Positions 1-11,300 of a stretch of DNA of 64,000 nucleotides are shown here, in pieces. A model generated the notes under the pieces. The model saw only the letters and a program-made list of their open reading frames with translations. It was not told where the DNA came from and made no database searches. The stretch covers positions 2,016,001 through 2,080,000 of the forward strand of contig OY970359.1 in the NCBI GenBank assembly GCA_963718665.1, read 5' to 3'. The translations under genes were made by a program, and so were the position numbers. Source of the DNA: an uncultured Phycisphaerales bacterium. Its GTDB lineage: Bacteria; Planctomycetota; Phycisphaerae; Sedimentisphaerales; Anaerobacaceae. The number at the start of each line of letters is the position of its first letter. The first letter of the stretch is position 1.

Positions 1-628
1 AGTTGTTTTCCATTACCCGCCTGTCACATTGAGAATAAAATTCTATTTCCTCTTTTCGCCATGGCATGTCTTGGTTCGTTTTGCCCACAACCTCCTGTGG
101 CGAAGACAGGCCAGCGTGTTTTGCGAAGACCGCGTTACAACCCAGATGAACCAGGTTGCGGTCTTTCCAGAAAATTGCCTGTGGAATGCTGTTCATCACA
201 AGCTGAAGCATTTGCTGTGATTCGTGCAGTTTTTCGGCGACTTTCTTTCGCTCTATTGCGTAAAGAGCGGTTCTCACCAGCGAGATTTCTATCGCCGGGC
301 CTTTGACGAGATAATCTGAGGCGCCGTTCTTTATCGCCTCAAGCCCCGTTTCTTCGCTCTCAAGTCCGGTGAGCACGACAATAGGGATATTGGCGTTGAC
401 TTTGCTGACACTCTTGACTGTTTCGATGCCGTTGCTGTCCGGGAGCCCCAGGTCCAAAAGCAAGACATCGTATTGTTTGGTTTTGAGCAGATTAAGCCCA
501 TCGGCCAGACAGGAGGCGGATTCCACGACGAATTTGGCGGATTTGGTGGATTTAGCCAAAGCGCGTTTGACTAATCGAACATCGATTTCGTCGTCGTCTA
601 TTTGTAAAACCCGTATCTCGCCGTTCAT
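1..628 (-). CDS. Response-regulator receiver + PAS domain signalling protein (3' part runs off the window)
   Basis: Manual translation from ATG at 628: MNGEIRVLQIDDD...LLDLGLPDSNG (REC), then QAIFWKDRNLVHLGCNAVFAKHAGLSSPQEVVGKT (PAS); open to the window edge. Confidence 0.85.
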   Translation of the reverse strand, partial: MNGEIRVLQIDDDEIDVRLVKRALAKSTKSAKFVVESASCLADGLNLLKTKQYDVLLLDLGLPDSNGIETVKSVSKVNANIPIVVLTGLESEETGLEAIKNGASDYLVKGPAIEISLVRTALYAIERKKVAEKLHESQQMLQLVMNSIPQAIFWKDRNLVHLGCNAVFAKHAGLSSPQEVVGKTNQDMPWRKEEIEFYSQCDRRVMENN

Positions 629-631
629 AGA

Positions 632-699
632 TTCACCACAGAAACTGCGGAGGTTATTTTCTTTTTTTTCTCCGCGGCCTCTGCGAACTCCGCGGTGAA
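632..699. repeat. Imperfect inverted repeat built from about 9-nt units (TTCACC...CTCCGCGGCCTCTGCGAACTCCGCGGTGAA)
   Basis: Terminal TTCACC/GGTGAA inversion; same family as 13233-13309. Confidence 0.6.
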
Positions 700-877
700 T
701 GCTGGTATGCAAGTCCCATAACTAAGGCATTTTGTTTATAGTCCATTTGTCTTGCCGATGAAATTATCGGCAAATTAAACGCGTGATTTCAGAAGAAAAA
801 GGCGTTTTAGCGAACGAAAAAACACACTATGGGCCGATAATAACCGGCTAATTTGTGGTTTGGAATACGGGGGGCGG

Positions 878-2011
878 TTATTTGGATTTGGCCTTTTTGC
901 GTTGCGACATCAGGTCGGTGAATGTTCGGAAAAGATATTGTGAATCGTGTGGGCCTGGTGAGGCCTCGGGGTGATACTGCACGCAGAAGGCCGACAAGCG
1001 TTTGCAGCGGAATCCTTCGAGGGTTTTGTCGTTCAGGTTGATATGTGTCAGCTCAACGCCTTTATCTTTTAGTGAGTCGATATCGACGCAGAATCCGTGG
1101 TTTTGTGAGGTGATTTCGACCTGTTTGGTTTCGAGATTTTTAACGGGGTGATTTGCGCCTCTGTGCCCGAATTTAAGTTTGTATGTTTTTCCGCCCAGCG
1201 CAAGGCCCAGAATCTGATGGCCGAGGCATATTCCGAAGATTGGAACTTTGCCTAAAAGTTGCCGTGTGCTTTCGATCGCGTAAGTTACTGCTGCCGGGTC
1301 ACCCGGGCCGTTGCTCAGGAATACGCCGTCCGGCTTTTTTGCCAAAACGTCCTTTGCGGTTGTAAACGCGGGCACAACATGGACATCGCATCCGTGGCTT
1401 ATGAGCAGTCGAAGAATGTTTTGCTTCATACCGAAATCATACGCGACCACTTTGTATTTCGGTTTGGGTTTTGTGACTGATGGCTTAAGAACGTCAACTA
1501 CCGGCTTATCCCATTTGTACGGCTTTTTCGATGTTACATCCTTAACTATGTCTCTGCCTACAAGCCCCGGGTATTCGCTGAGAGCTTTTGTCAGCGATGA
1601 TATTTTGAGTTCCGTTGAAGATATAATGCCCCGCATCGCGCCTTGTGTGCGGATGTACTTGACGAGTTTTCTGGTGTCGATACCCTCCAGCCCCACAACG
1701 TTATTGGCCTTGAGATATTCGCTTAACGACTGCTCATTTCTCCAGTTGCTGGGGTATTCGCAATTCTCTTTTACGATGAAGCCGGCCGCGTAAACCTTTT
1801 TGGATTCCACGTCGAGCGCGTTGGTCCCGTAGTTGCCGATAAGAGGATACGTCATCGTGATTATCTGCTCGTAATACGACGGGTCGGTCGTGATTTCCTG
1901 GTAGCCGGTCATACTCGTATTAAAAACCACTTCCCCGCACTTCTGGCCTTTTGCGCCGAAGCTGGTCCCTTCAAATACCGTTCCGTCTTCAAGTAACAAT
2001 ACCGCCTTCAT
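878..2011 (-). CDS. carA: Carbamoyl-phosphate synthase small subunit
   Basis: [39 protein letters not shown] motifs. Confidence 0.97.
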   Translation of the reverse strand: MKAVLLLEDGTVFEGTSFGAKGQKCGEVVFNTSMTGYQEITTDPSYYEQIITMTYPLIGNYGTNALDVESKKVYAAGFIVKENCEYPSNWRNEQSLSEYLKANNVVGLEGIDTRKLVKYIRTQGAMRGIISSTELKISSLTKALSEYPGLVGRDIVKDVTSKKPYKWDKPVVDVLKPSVTKPKPKYKVVAYDFGMKQNILRLLISHGCDVHVVPAFTTAKDVLAKKPDGVFLSNGPGDPAAVTYAIESTRQLLGKVPIFGICLGHQILGLALGGKTYKLKFGHRGANHPVKNLETKQVEITSQNHGFCVDIDSLKDKGVELTHINLNDKTLEGFRCKRLSAFCVQYHPEASPGPHDSQYLFRTFTDLMSQRKKAKSK

Positions 2012-5000
2012 ATTTTTGCTTTTTCCTTTTTGCTTTTTTCTTTTGTCTTATGGTACAACTGAATACACTTTACGTCGATTCGCTCTTTTTTCAGCGCCTC
2101 GATTGCCTTGGCGACCGCCATTGCGCCCCTGATTGTTGTTACGTAGGGCACCTGCTTGTCGAGGGCGGTTCTTCTTATCAGGAAAGAGTCGCTTACCGTC
2201 TGTTTGCCTACGGTTGTATTGACGATGAGTTCAACTTTTCGGTTGATAATTGCGTCGAGTATGTTTGGTCTGCCCTCGTTTACTTTCAGCACAAATTCCG
2301 CTGGGACGTTGTTATTGATAAACGCGATGTATGTTCCTTTGGTTGCGGTGATTTTGAAGCCCATCTGGCTTAATTTGCGTGCGGCTTCTACGGCTCTCGG
2401 TTTGTCGGCGTCTTTGACGCTGAACAGCACCGTTCCGCTGGTGGGTAGCGCGTTTCCCGCGGCTATCTGGCTCTTGGCGTATGCGATGCCCGCCTCGTCT
2501 GCGATTCCCATTACCTCGCCCGTCGAAAGCATCTCAGGGCCGAGTATAGTGTCAACGCCGGGAAATTTAAGGAATGGGAATACCGCTTCTTTGACCGAAT
2601 AATGTTTTGGCCAGACCTCTTTTGTGAAGCCAAGCTCATCTAAGGTCATTCCCGCCATAATTTTCGCCGCTAATTTCGCTAAAGGCACGCCGATGGCCTT
2701 GCTGACGAACGGCACGGTTCGTGATGCCCGCGGATTGACCTCCAGCACGTAAATTTCGCCGTCCTTGATTGCGTATTGTATGTTTATCAGGCCCAGGACT
2801 TTCAGCTCCATTGCCAGCATTTTGGTCTGACGCATCACTTCATTGATGGTTTCCTGGCTCAGTGACACCGGGGGCAGTGTGCAGGCGCTGTCGCCCGAAT
2901 GTACGCCTGCTTCTTCGATGTGCTCCATTATTCCGCCTATGACCACACGTTTGCCGTCGCATATCGCATCGACGTCCAGTTCGGTGGCGTCGTCTAAGAA
3001 TTTGTCTATTAAAACAGGATGCTCGCCCGAAACCTCGATGGCTCTTTCGACGCAGCTTTTCAATGCCTGCTCGTCGTAAACAACTTCCATCGCCCGCCCG
3101 CCAAGCACAAACGAAGGCCGAATCAAAAGCGGATAGCCCAGCTTGTCGGCGATTTTCACCGTCTCATCATAAGACATCGCCGTGCCCGACATCGGCTGGA
3201 GAAGCTGAAGTTTCTCAACAACCTTGTTGAATCGCTTGCGGTCTTCTGCCTTATCGATGCTGTCCGGGCTTGTCCCGATGATTTTAACGCCCGCCTGCTC
3301 AAGAGGCACTGCCAGCTTCAAAGGCGTCTGCCCGCCGAACTGAACAATCACCCCGTCCGGGTTTTCCTTTTCGACTATCGACATAATATCTTCGAATGTC
3401 AACGGCTCAAAATACAGCCGGTCCGATGTGTCGTAGTCGGTAGAGACCGTTTCGGGATTGCAGTTGACCATTATCGACTCTACGCCGATTTCTTTCAGCG
3501 CAAACGCCGCGTGAACACAGCAGTAATCGAACTCGATACCCTGGCCTATGCGGTTTGGCCCGCCGCCCAGGATGATAATTTTTCGCTTTTTGGTCGGGTT
3601 CGCTTCGCATTCGCTTTCATAGGTCGAATACAGGTAGGGCGTTGTCGCCTCGAATTCCGCGCCGCAGGTATCGACCCGCTTATATACCGGGTTTACGCCG
3701 GCGTCTTTTCTGAGTTTGTGGAATTCAAGTTCGCTCATTCCCGTCAAATGTGCCATATATCTGTCGGCGAAGCCGTATTCTTTTGCCTGCCGAATAAGTT
3801 CGGGAGTTAATTTGGCGGCGCCGATAGATTTTACCTTTGCCTCAAGCTGCACAATATCTTTTATGTTGTTCAAAAACCACGGGTCGATTTTCGTGATTTT
3901 GAAGATTTCGTCGACGCTCACTTTTCTGCGAATCGCCTCTGCTACGTACCAGATTCTGTCCCAGTAGGGCACTCGCAGCTTTTCTTTCAATTGCGGAAGC
4001 GAAATCGTGTTGTCGATGAATTTGTTGTCCAATGAATGACGGTCTATTTCCAGCGACCGCACCGCCTTGCCTAAGGCCTCTTTGAAGGTTCTGCCTATGG
4101 CCATCGCCTCGCCCACGGATTTCATTTGCACCGTCAGCGTCGGGTCGGTCCCGCGGAATTTCTCGAATGTAAACCGGGGCCATTTCACCACGCAGTAGTC
4201 AATGGTCGGCTCAAAGCACGCTGGCGTCTTTTTTGTAATATCGTTTGGTATCTCATCCAGCGTGTATCCCACCGCCAAAAGCGACGCTATTTTCGCTATC
4301 GGGAAGCCCGTCGCCTTTGAGGCCAATGCCGAGCTTCGCGACACACGCGGGTTCATTTCAATTACGTAAAGTTTGCCGTTTTCAGGACTCACCGCGAACT
4401 GGATATTCGAGCCGCCCGTCTCGACGCCTATCGCGCGGATAATCTTGATTGAGGCGTCTCGCATTATCTGGTATTCCTTGTCGGTCAGCGTTTGTGCCGG
4501 GGCGACCGTGATGCTGTCGCCCGTGTGGATGCCCATCGGGTCAAGATTTTCAATGGGGCAGACGATGACGACGTTATCTTTGCGGTCTCTCATCACCTCA
4601 AGCTCGAATTCCTTCCACCCGATTACGGATTGTTCGATGAGGATTTCGTGTCTTGGGCTGAAGTTCAGTCCCCATTCGACGCACTTACGGTATTCTTCCT
4701 TGTTGTTGGCGATATTGCCGCCTGTGCCGCCGAGGGTGAAGGATGGCCGGATAATCGCCGGTAGCCCGATATCATCGAGCAGCGCCTCCGCCTCCTCCCA
4801 GTTGTGGACGTAGCCGCTTTTGGGAACGTCGAGACCGCAGTCCTGAATTGTCTTTTTAAAGAGGTTTCTGTCTTCCGCCCGCTTGATACTTGCCAGGTTC
4901 GCGCCAAGCATCTTGACGTTATATTTCTTTAAAATACCCCGTTCCGCCAGCGCAACCGCGGTGTTAAGGCCCGTTTGACCGCCGAGTGTAGGCAACAAGC

Positions 5001-5253
5001 TGTCGGGCCGTTCAAGCTGAATGATTTTTTCGACGATTTCCGGCGTTATCGGCTCAATATACGTCCGGTCGGCAAAATCAGGATCCGTCATTATCGTCGC
5101 GGGGTTGCTGTTGACCAAGACAACCTTATAACCCTCGCGTCGAAGCACCTTGCACGCCTGTGCGCCTGAGTAATCGAACTCGCACGCCTGACCTATGACT
5201 ATCGGCCCTGAGCCGATGATTAGTATTTTGTGTATGTCTTTACGTTTTGGCAC
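2008..5253 (-). CDS. carB: Carbamoyl-phosphate synthase large subunit
   Basis: GTG start giving [42 protein letters not shown], duplicated ATP-grasp halves, MGS domain. Confidence 0.97.
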   Translation of the reverse strand: MPKRKDIHKILIIGSGPIVIGQACEFDYSGAQACKVLRREGYKVVLVNSNPATIMTDPDFADRTYIEPITPEIVEKIIQLERPDSLLPTLGGQTGLNTAVALAERGILKKYNVKMLGANLASIKRAEDRNLFKKTIQDCGLDVPKSGYVHNWEEAEALLDDIGLPAIIRPSFTLGGTGGNIANNKEEYRKCVEWGLNFSPRHEILIEQSVIGWKEFELEVMRDRKDNVVIVCPIENLDPMGIHTGDSITVAPAQTLTDKEYQIMRDASIKIIRAIGVETGGSNIQFAVSPENGKLYVIEMNPRVSRSSALASKATGFPIAKIASLLAVGYTLDEIPNDITKKTPACFEPTIDYCVVKWPRFTFEKFRGTDPTLTVQMKSVGEAMAIGRTFKEALGKAVRSLEIDRHSLDNKFIDNTISLPQLKEKLRVPYWDRIWYVAEAIRRKVSVDEIFKITKIDPWFLNNIKDIVQLEAKVKSIGAAKLTPELIRQAKEYGFADRYMAHLTGMSELEFHKLRKDAGVNPVYKRVDTCGAEFEATTPYLYSTYESECEANPTKKRKIIILGGGPNRIGQGIEFDYCCVHAAFALKEIGVESIMVNCNPETVSTDYDTSDRLYFEPLTFEDIMSIVEKENPDGVIVQFGGQTPLKLAVPLEQAGVKIIGTSPDSIDKAEDRKRFNKVVEKLQLLQPMSGTAMSYDETVKIADKLGYPLLIRPSFVLGGRAMEVVYDEQALKSCVERAIEVSGEHPVLIDKFLDDATELDVDAICDGKRVVIGGIMEHIEEAGVHSGDSACTLPPVSLSQETINEVMRQTKMLAMELKVLGLINIQYAIKDGEIYVLEVNPRASRTVPFVSKAIGVPLAKLAAKIMAGMTLDELGFTKEVWPKHYSVKEAVFPFLKFPGVDTILGPEMLSTGEVMGIADEAGIAYAKSQIAAGNALPTSGTVLFSVKDADKPRAVEAARKLSQMGFKITATKGTYIAFINNNVPAEFVLKVNEGRPNILDAIINRKVELIVNTTVGKQTVSDSFLIRRTALDKQVPYVTTIRGAMAVAKAIEALKKERIDVKCIQLYHKTKEKSKKEKAKI

Positions 5254-5553
5254 CGCATTATTCCATAATACACTGAAGGACACTGACTGTAACACGGACG
5301 TACACGGACTTTGATATTGATTAAATTGTCTGTCCGCTGTTCGCTACCCGCTAAACGCTGTTTTAGATGCAGTTTTTTACAGCAAAAATTGCTCCTTGTC
5401 AAGCAATTATCCTTAATCGCTTGCCTGTCTTCTTGAGAAGTGCCGATAAGTACTAGGTGCATCAGGGAATCGCATGCCTTTTGAGTTGACGATGATGTGG
5501 TAGTTGCCTACAATTCACACAAGAATAAACTGAAACGTTGGAGGCAAGAAAAT

Positions 5554-6256
5554 ATGAAACCAACCCAAACTCTGCGATTATTCTTTTTCTCATGGGTTTT
5601 GGTTATACTTATTTCTGCGAGGCAGGTTGCATATGTGTGGAAATGAGGACTTCAACGATGTACTCAAATTGGCTGAACAGGGCAATGTGATTTCGCAATC
5701 CTTTGTTGGCTGGAAGTATGCGACTGGCAAAGGTGTTACACAGGATTATCAGGAGGCATTTAAATGGTACAAAAAAGCCGCTGAACAAGGCATGGCCGAA
5801 GCGCAATACTGCATGGCATGTATGTACGCCAATGGCAAGGGAGTTGCACAGGATTATCAGGAAGCGGCCAATTGGTGTAAAAAAGCTGCTGAACAACATC
5901 ATGCGTCCGCGCAATTAATGCTGGCCGAAATGTATCAGACCGGCCAAGGTGTTGCTACAAATCATATTGCAGCTTGTAAATGGGCGACACTTTCGACGAT
6001 ACAAACAATCCAGAACAATGTCGGGCTATGGCTTAATAGAAGTAATGTTTGGCTAATCGTTTTATTTGTTATCGCTTGGTTTATCTTCCATAATATCTGG
6101 TGGGGTAAAATGCTTTGGTATGTTCTGCTTGGTGTTCAAATACTTTGGGTGCTTGGAGGAATTAGTTTTTTCTTGATGCTAATAGGACTACCATTATTTT
6201 ACTTAGCCACCTTTTATGTTTTTATTAAACGACGAATTTTTCGAAAACCGAATTAG
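5554..6256 (+). CDS. Sel1/TPR-repeat membrane protein; signal-peptide-like N-terminus (ATG 5554) out of frame with the main ORF (5627-6256)
   Basis: Repeats GKGVxQDYQEAxxWxKKAAEQ; C-terminal hydrophobic helices; apparent frameshift near 5630. Confidence 0.7.
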
Positions 6257-6367
6257 ATTTGAACGAACAATAACAGGGCCAGCCGCCCATAAATGGCTGG
6301 GGACGGTTTTATGCAGGTTGTATAATCACTGTTAGATATGAGGACAGAAACAGAAAAGAGGTGAATT

Positions 6368-6868
6368 ATGTGTGACCCAACATGGGTTCTGGGTGGTGCC
6401 ACTGTGGCACTCGCAGGTGCTACTGTTTGGCTTGCAGTTGAATCGCGTCGAGGGTCTCTGCGTCAAATTGGCGTGCAAACATGGCTCGTCTTGGAACCAC
6501 GTTTCGATTCGAAGGAAATGAAGCTGGCGAGAAAGAAGTTAGCGAAACAGTTGGATCCATATGACCCAACTAAACACGACCAGATTACCGAAGAGGTATT
6601 GGAATTGTTTGAGTCTATCGGCACTGCTTACAACCTCGGGCTGCTCCACAAAGGACTGGTAATCTCCTCCTTTAGTTACTATGCGAATTACTGGTGGGAA
6701 GCAGCGAAATCTTATGTTTACAACGAACGCAGAATGAGGGGGGATGATGATTCACTTTTTAGCGAGTTTGAGAAATTCGCCGGAGCGATGCGAAAAGAGG
6801 ACCCCAAGATCGACAGTAATGCATTAAAGGATTTTCTCGACAACGAGAAACGACTCAGAACCGACTAA
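6368..6868 (+). CDS. Hypothetical protein with N-terminal TM helix (DUF4760-like)
   Basis: 166-aa ORF with GAGGTG RBS; LELFESIGTAYNLGLL...FSEFEKF pattern. Confidence 0.6.
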   Translation: MCDPTWVLGGATVALAGATVWLAVESRRGSLRQIGVQTWLVLEPRFDSKEMKLARKKLAKQLDPYDPTKHDQITEEVLELFESIGTAYNLGLLHKGLVISSFSYYANYWWEAAKSYVYNERRMRGDDDSLFSEFEKFAGAMRKEDPKIDSNALKDFLDNEKRLRTD

Positions 6869-6971
6869 CTGGCGACCGACTACATGAAACACTACGCGTG
6901 CCGGAGGATGGCCTCTTTACCTCAGCGAAATCCGCGAAATCAGCGTCTGAAATTATAGTGTTAATCAGTGT

Positions 6972-8387
6972 CTAATGACTTAACCATTTGTCGATTGCTA
7001 TTGCCGCGGCTCTGCCGCTGTCGATTGCACGCACGACAAGTGAAGCGCCATTGATTGTATCGCCTGCTGCGAATATCCACGGCTGGCTCGTTTGGAAGTT
7101 CTTTACTGCTACGTCGCCTCGCTTGTTCAGCTCTAATCCAAGCTCGGTAATCAGCCCATTGTGAACGACGTGAACAAACCCCATTGCCAGCAGCACAAGG
7201 TCGGCGTCCAGAACGACCTCTGTGCCGGGAATCTCTTTTAGCTTCCAGGAGCCATCCTGCTGCACCCAGTCAACTTTGCAGCAGTGAATTTTGCTGACTT
7301 TTGTGTCTGTTCCGGTGAATTTGGTCGTCATCACGCTCCAGAGCCGCTCGCAGCCCTCCTCGTGAGAGGTGCTTGTCCGCATTATTCGAGGCCAGTTGGG
7401 CCAGGGGGTGTCATCCGGCCTGTCGATTGACGGCTTGGGCAGAATCTCTATTTGAACAATCTGTTTTGCTCCCTGCCTGCGAGCCGTGCCAACGCAGTCG
7501 CTTCCTGTATCGCCGCCGCCTATTACCACAACTTTTTTATCTTTAGCGTTAATTGTCCGACTGCCAATTACCTCTCCTGCGTTAATCCTGTTCTGCGACG
7601 TCAGGTAGTCCATTGCGTAAACGATGTTTTCGTAATCGCTTCCCTGCACCGGGATTCCCCTCGGTTCGCCCGCGCCCATCGTCAGGCAGATGCAGTCGAA
7701 TTGTTTTCGCAGGTAATGTGCGGATATATCTTTGCCCACGGTTATATCGGTCCGTAACTGCACGCCCTCAGCCGACAACTGTTTTAGCCGGCGGTCGATT
7801 ACTGATTTACTCAGCTTGAAATCGGGGATGCCGTATCGCAGGATTCCGCCGATTTTCTGGTCTTTTTCAAAGACCACAACATCGTGTCCTGCCCGCGCAA
7901 GCTGCTGCGCCGCCGCTAACCCGGCCGGGCCTGAGCCGATTATGCCGACTCTTTTGCCTGTCTTTTTCGCCGCCGGCATCGGCTTTATCCAGCCCTCGGC
8001 GAATCCGCGTTCTACTATCTGGAACTCGATGTGCCTGATGAGAACGGGCTGGTCGCTTATCGCAAGTGTGCAGGCCGTTTCACAGGGCGCGGGGCAAACC
8101 CGGCCCGTGATTTCAGGAAAATTGTTTGTCGAATGTAAAAGCTCACACGCCTCGCGCCAGTTTCCCTGGTAAACAAGTTCGTTGAAATCAGGTATGTAAT
8201 TGTAAAGCGGGCAGCCCATGCCGTGACAAAACGGTATGCCGCAATCCATACATCGTGCCGCCTGCTGCTGAAGCTGTTCCGGCGTCAATGGCAGGTCGAG
8301 TTCTTTAAAATCATGAATTCGTTCTTCTATCGGACGGTGGCCTGTATCCTGACGTTTATATTTAAGAAACCCTTTTATCTCACCCAT
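6972..8387 (-). CDS. gltD: Glutamate synthase small subunit
   Basis: RCMDCGIPFC, GRVCPAPCE, GSGPAG and GGGDTG motifs; overlaps gltB stop. Confidence 0.96.
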   Translation of the reverse strand: MGEIKGFLKYKRQDTGHRPIEERIHDFKELDLPLTPEQLQQQAARCMDCGIPFCHGMGCPLYNYIPDFNELVYQGNWREACELLHSTNNFPEITGRVCPAPCETACTLAISDQPVLIRHIEFQIVERGFAEGWIKPMPAAKKTGKRVGIIGSGPAGLAAAQQLARAGHDVVVFEKDQKIGGILRYGIPDFKLSKSVIDRRLKQLSAEGVQLRTDITVGKDISAHYLRKQFDCICLTMGAGEPRGIPVQGSDYENIVYAMDYLTSQNRINAGEVIGSRTINAKDKKVVVIGGGDTGSDCVGTARRQGAKQIVQIEILPKPSIDRPDDTPWPNWPRIMRTSTSHEEGCERLWSVMTTKFTGTDTKVSKIHCCKVDWVQQDGSWKLKEIPGTEVVLDADLVLLAMGFVHVVHNGLITELGLELNKRGDVAVKNFQTSQPWIFAAGDTINGASLVVRAIDSGRAAAIAIDKWLSH

Positions 8388-11300
8388 AGAACACCTCCTC
8401 TGTGGCAGGCGTTGTTTCTGTGTCGCGTTGTTCTGCCGCTCGCATCTTCTCCAGCGACTTGCGGTAATCGAACGGGACGACCTTCACGAATTTGCCGACC
8501 ATATCCTGCCAGTTGCTGAGGATTTGGTGTGCCCTTGCACTGCCGGTCCAGTCGAAATGCTTCTGGATGAGGTCCATGAGTATTTTTACGTCTTCTTTTT
8601 GCCAGACGCTTTCAAGCTCGACCATATCGAGGTTGCAAAGCGTATCGAAATTGCTCGTTTCGTCGAGGACGTACGCGATGCCGCCGCTCATACCTGCCGC
8701 GAAGTTGCAGCCCGTTCTGCCAAGCACAACAACTGTGCCGCCCGTCATATATTCGCAGCAGTGGTCGCCCACGCCTTCTGCTATCGCGATTGCGCCGCTG
8801 TTTCGCACGGCGAATCGCTCGCCCGCCATCCCGTTTATAAACACCTCGCCGCTGGTCGCGCCGTAAAGAAGCGTGTTGCCAGCGATGATGTTTTCTTTAG
8901 CCGCGAACGGGGCGCCCGCCGGCGTAATAACGGCGATTCTGCCGCCGCTAAGGCTCTTGCCGAGGTAGTCGTTACTCTCGCCCGTGAGTTTAAAAGTAAC
9001 CCCCGGCGCAAGGAACGCGCCGAAGCTTTGCCCCGCCGAGCCGTTGAAAAGCACCTCAAGTGTGTTATCGGGCAGTCCCTCGGGGCCGTTTTTGGTTACG
9101 ATGCGATTGCTCAATATCGTCCCGACCGCCCTGTTAAGATTGCGGATGTTCATTTCGATAACGGTGTGCTTTTTGTTTTCGATTGCCGGTTTTGCCTTTT
9201 CGATAATCTGCCAGTCGAGATGGTCAGCTAATTTATCCGGCTGGCTGACGATTTGCCGGGTCGCTCTGCCGTCAGAGACATCCGGTTTATGGAAAATCAT
9301 CGAAAAGTCCAGTCCCTTTGACTTCCAGTGCTCGATTGCCTTGTTTGTTCCCAGCCGGTCCGCGCGGCCAATCATATCCTCGAATTTTTTGAAGCCCAGT
9401 TGCGACATAATCTGCCGCACCTCTTCGGCCACAAAAAACATATATCGTTCAAGATATTCGGGTTTACCCCTGAAACGCTTTCGCAGTTCCGGGTCCTGCG
9501 TCGCTATGCCGAACGGGCATGCCCCTTCGTGGCATTTGCGAAGCAGCGTGCAGCCGAGTGTTACCAGCGCAGCCGTTCCAAACCCGAAACGCTCCGCGCC
9601 GAGTAAGGCGCCAACGACAACATCTCGCCCGGTTTTCATTTGCCCGTCCGCCTGCACCCTGATTCTGTCCCGCAGCCGGTTCATCACGAGCACCTGCTGT
9701 GTTTCCGCCAAGCCAAGTTCCCACGGGATGCCCGCGTGCTTTATGGAAGAAAGCGGGCTTGCCCCTGTTCCGCCATCGTGCCCGCTGATGAGAACCTCGT
9801 CGGCATTTGCTTTTGCGACGCCCGCGGCGATTGTCCCCACGCCGACTTCCGCAACCAATTTTACCGACACCCGCACGCCGGGGTTGCTGCATTTGAGGTC
9901 GTAAATAAGCTGCGCCAAATCCTCAATCGAATAAATATCGTGGTGAGGGGGAGGGCTTATCAGCGTAACTCCGACAGTTGAGTAACGCAGCCGGGCGATT
10001 TCTTCGGTAACTTTATGCCCCGGCAGTTGCCCGCCCTCGCCCGGTTTCGCCCCCTGGGCAATTTTTATCTGCAATTCTTTTGCGTGCGATAAATAATTTA
10101 TCGTTACGCCGAACCTTCCGCTTGCCACCTGTTTAATCCCGCAGTTTTTCGAATCGCCGTTTGGCTCAGGTGTGTATCTCGCCGGGTCTTCGCCGCCTTC
10201 GCCCGTGTTGCTCATCGCGCCGATGCGGTTCATCGCTATTGCCAAACACTCGTGCGTTTCTTTGCTTATTGAGCCGTGACTCATCGCGCCTGTGCAGAAT
10301 CTTTTTACGATTTCACTTGCCGGCTCAACTTCCTCAATCGGCACTGATTTTCCCGGCTCAAACTCAAACAGTCCCCGCAGCGTGCATAGTTTTTCCGCCT
10401 GCTCGTTGACCGCCTGCGCAAATTCGCCGTATAACTTCGGATTATTGCTCCGCACCGCCTGTTGTAAACGCGAAACGGTAACGGGGTTCCACGTATGCCT
10501 TTCGCCGGTATGCCTGAACAGATATTCTCCGCCAAGCTCCAGTGCTGGCGTCCCGGCAGGATGCTCTTCGAAAGCCGCTTTATGGCGAGATATCGCCTCG
10601 CTGGCAATCTCATCAAGCCCTATGCCGCCGACGCGGGAGCTTGTCCCTGTGAGATATTTATCTATTACGTCGCGGTTCAACCCGATTGCCTCGAATAATT
10701 GGGCGCCTGTGTAGCTTCGCAGCGTCGATATTCCCATTTTGCTCATTACTTTGAGAATGCCTTTTTTGACCGCGGCAATGTAATTATCCGCAATTTGCGT
10801 CAGCTCCATTTTCGCTGGCAGGTGTCCCTGTCGCCTGAGTTCGAATAGTGTTTCGAACGCCAGATAAGGATTTATCGCGTTTGCGCCGTAGCCGCATAAC
10901 AGGCAAAAATGCATTACCTCTCTTGGTTCACCTGTCTCGATAATCAATCCTGCTTCGCCTCGCAGACCCCGGCCAAGCAGCCCGTGATGAACCGCCCCGG
11001 TTGCCAGAAGCGACGGTATCGCCGCCTTATCCTGCGAGATATTGCGGTCGCTTATGATTACCAGCGATACCCCATTACGAATCGCCTTCTCGGCGTCATC
11101 CACCAGCGTATCGAGCGCCTTTCGCAAGCTCTCACCTGCGTCCGGCTCGTCTATGTCAAATACGGCGTGTATTGTCGCGACGCGGAAGTCCTCTCTTTTT
11201 ACCGCCCGCAACCGTTCGATGTCCTCGTTGGTAAGAATCGGGTGCGGCAGTTTCAACTGCCGGCAGTGTTCAGGGCTTTCTTCGAGGAAGTTTTGCTTTT

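Noticed and set aside
8428..9904. Long antisense ORFs over gltB, and similar ones over carB, the permeases and gmd
   Set aside because: Shadow ORFs of well-supported genes with no recognisable motifs
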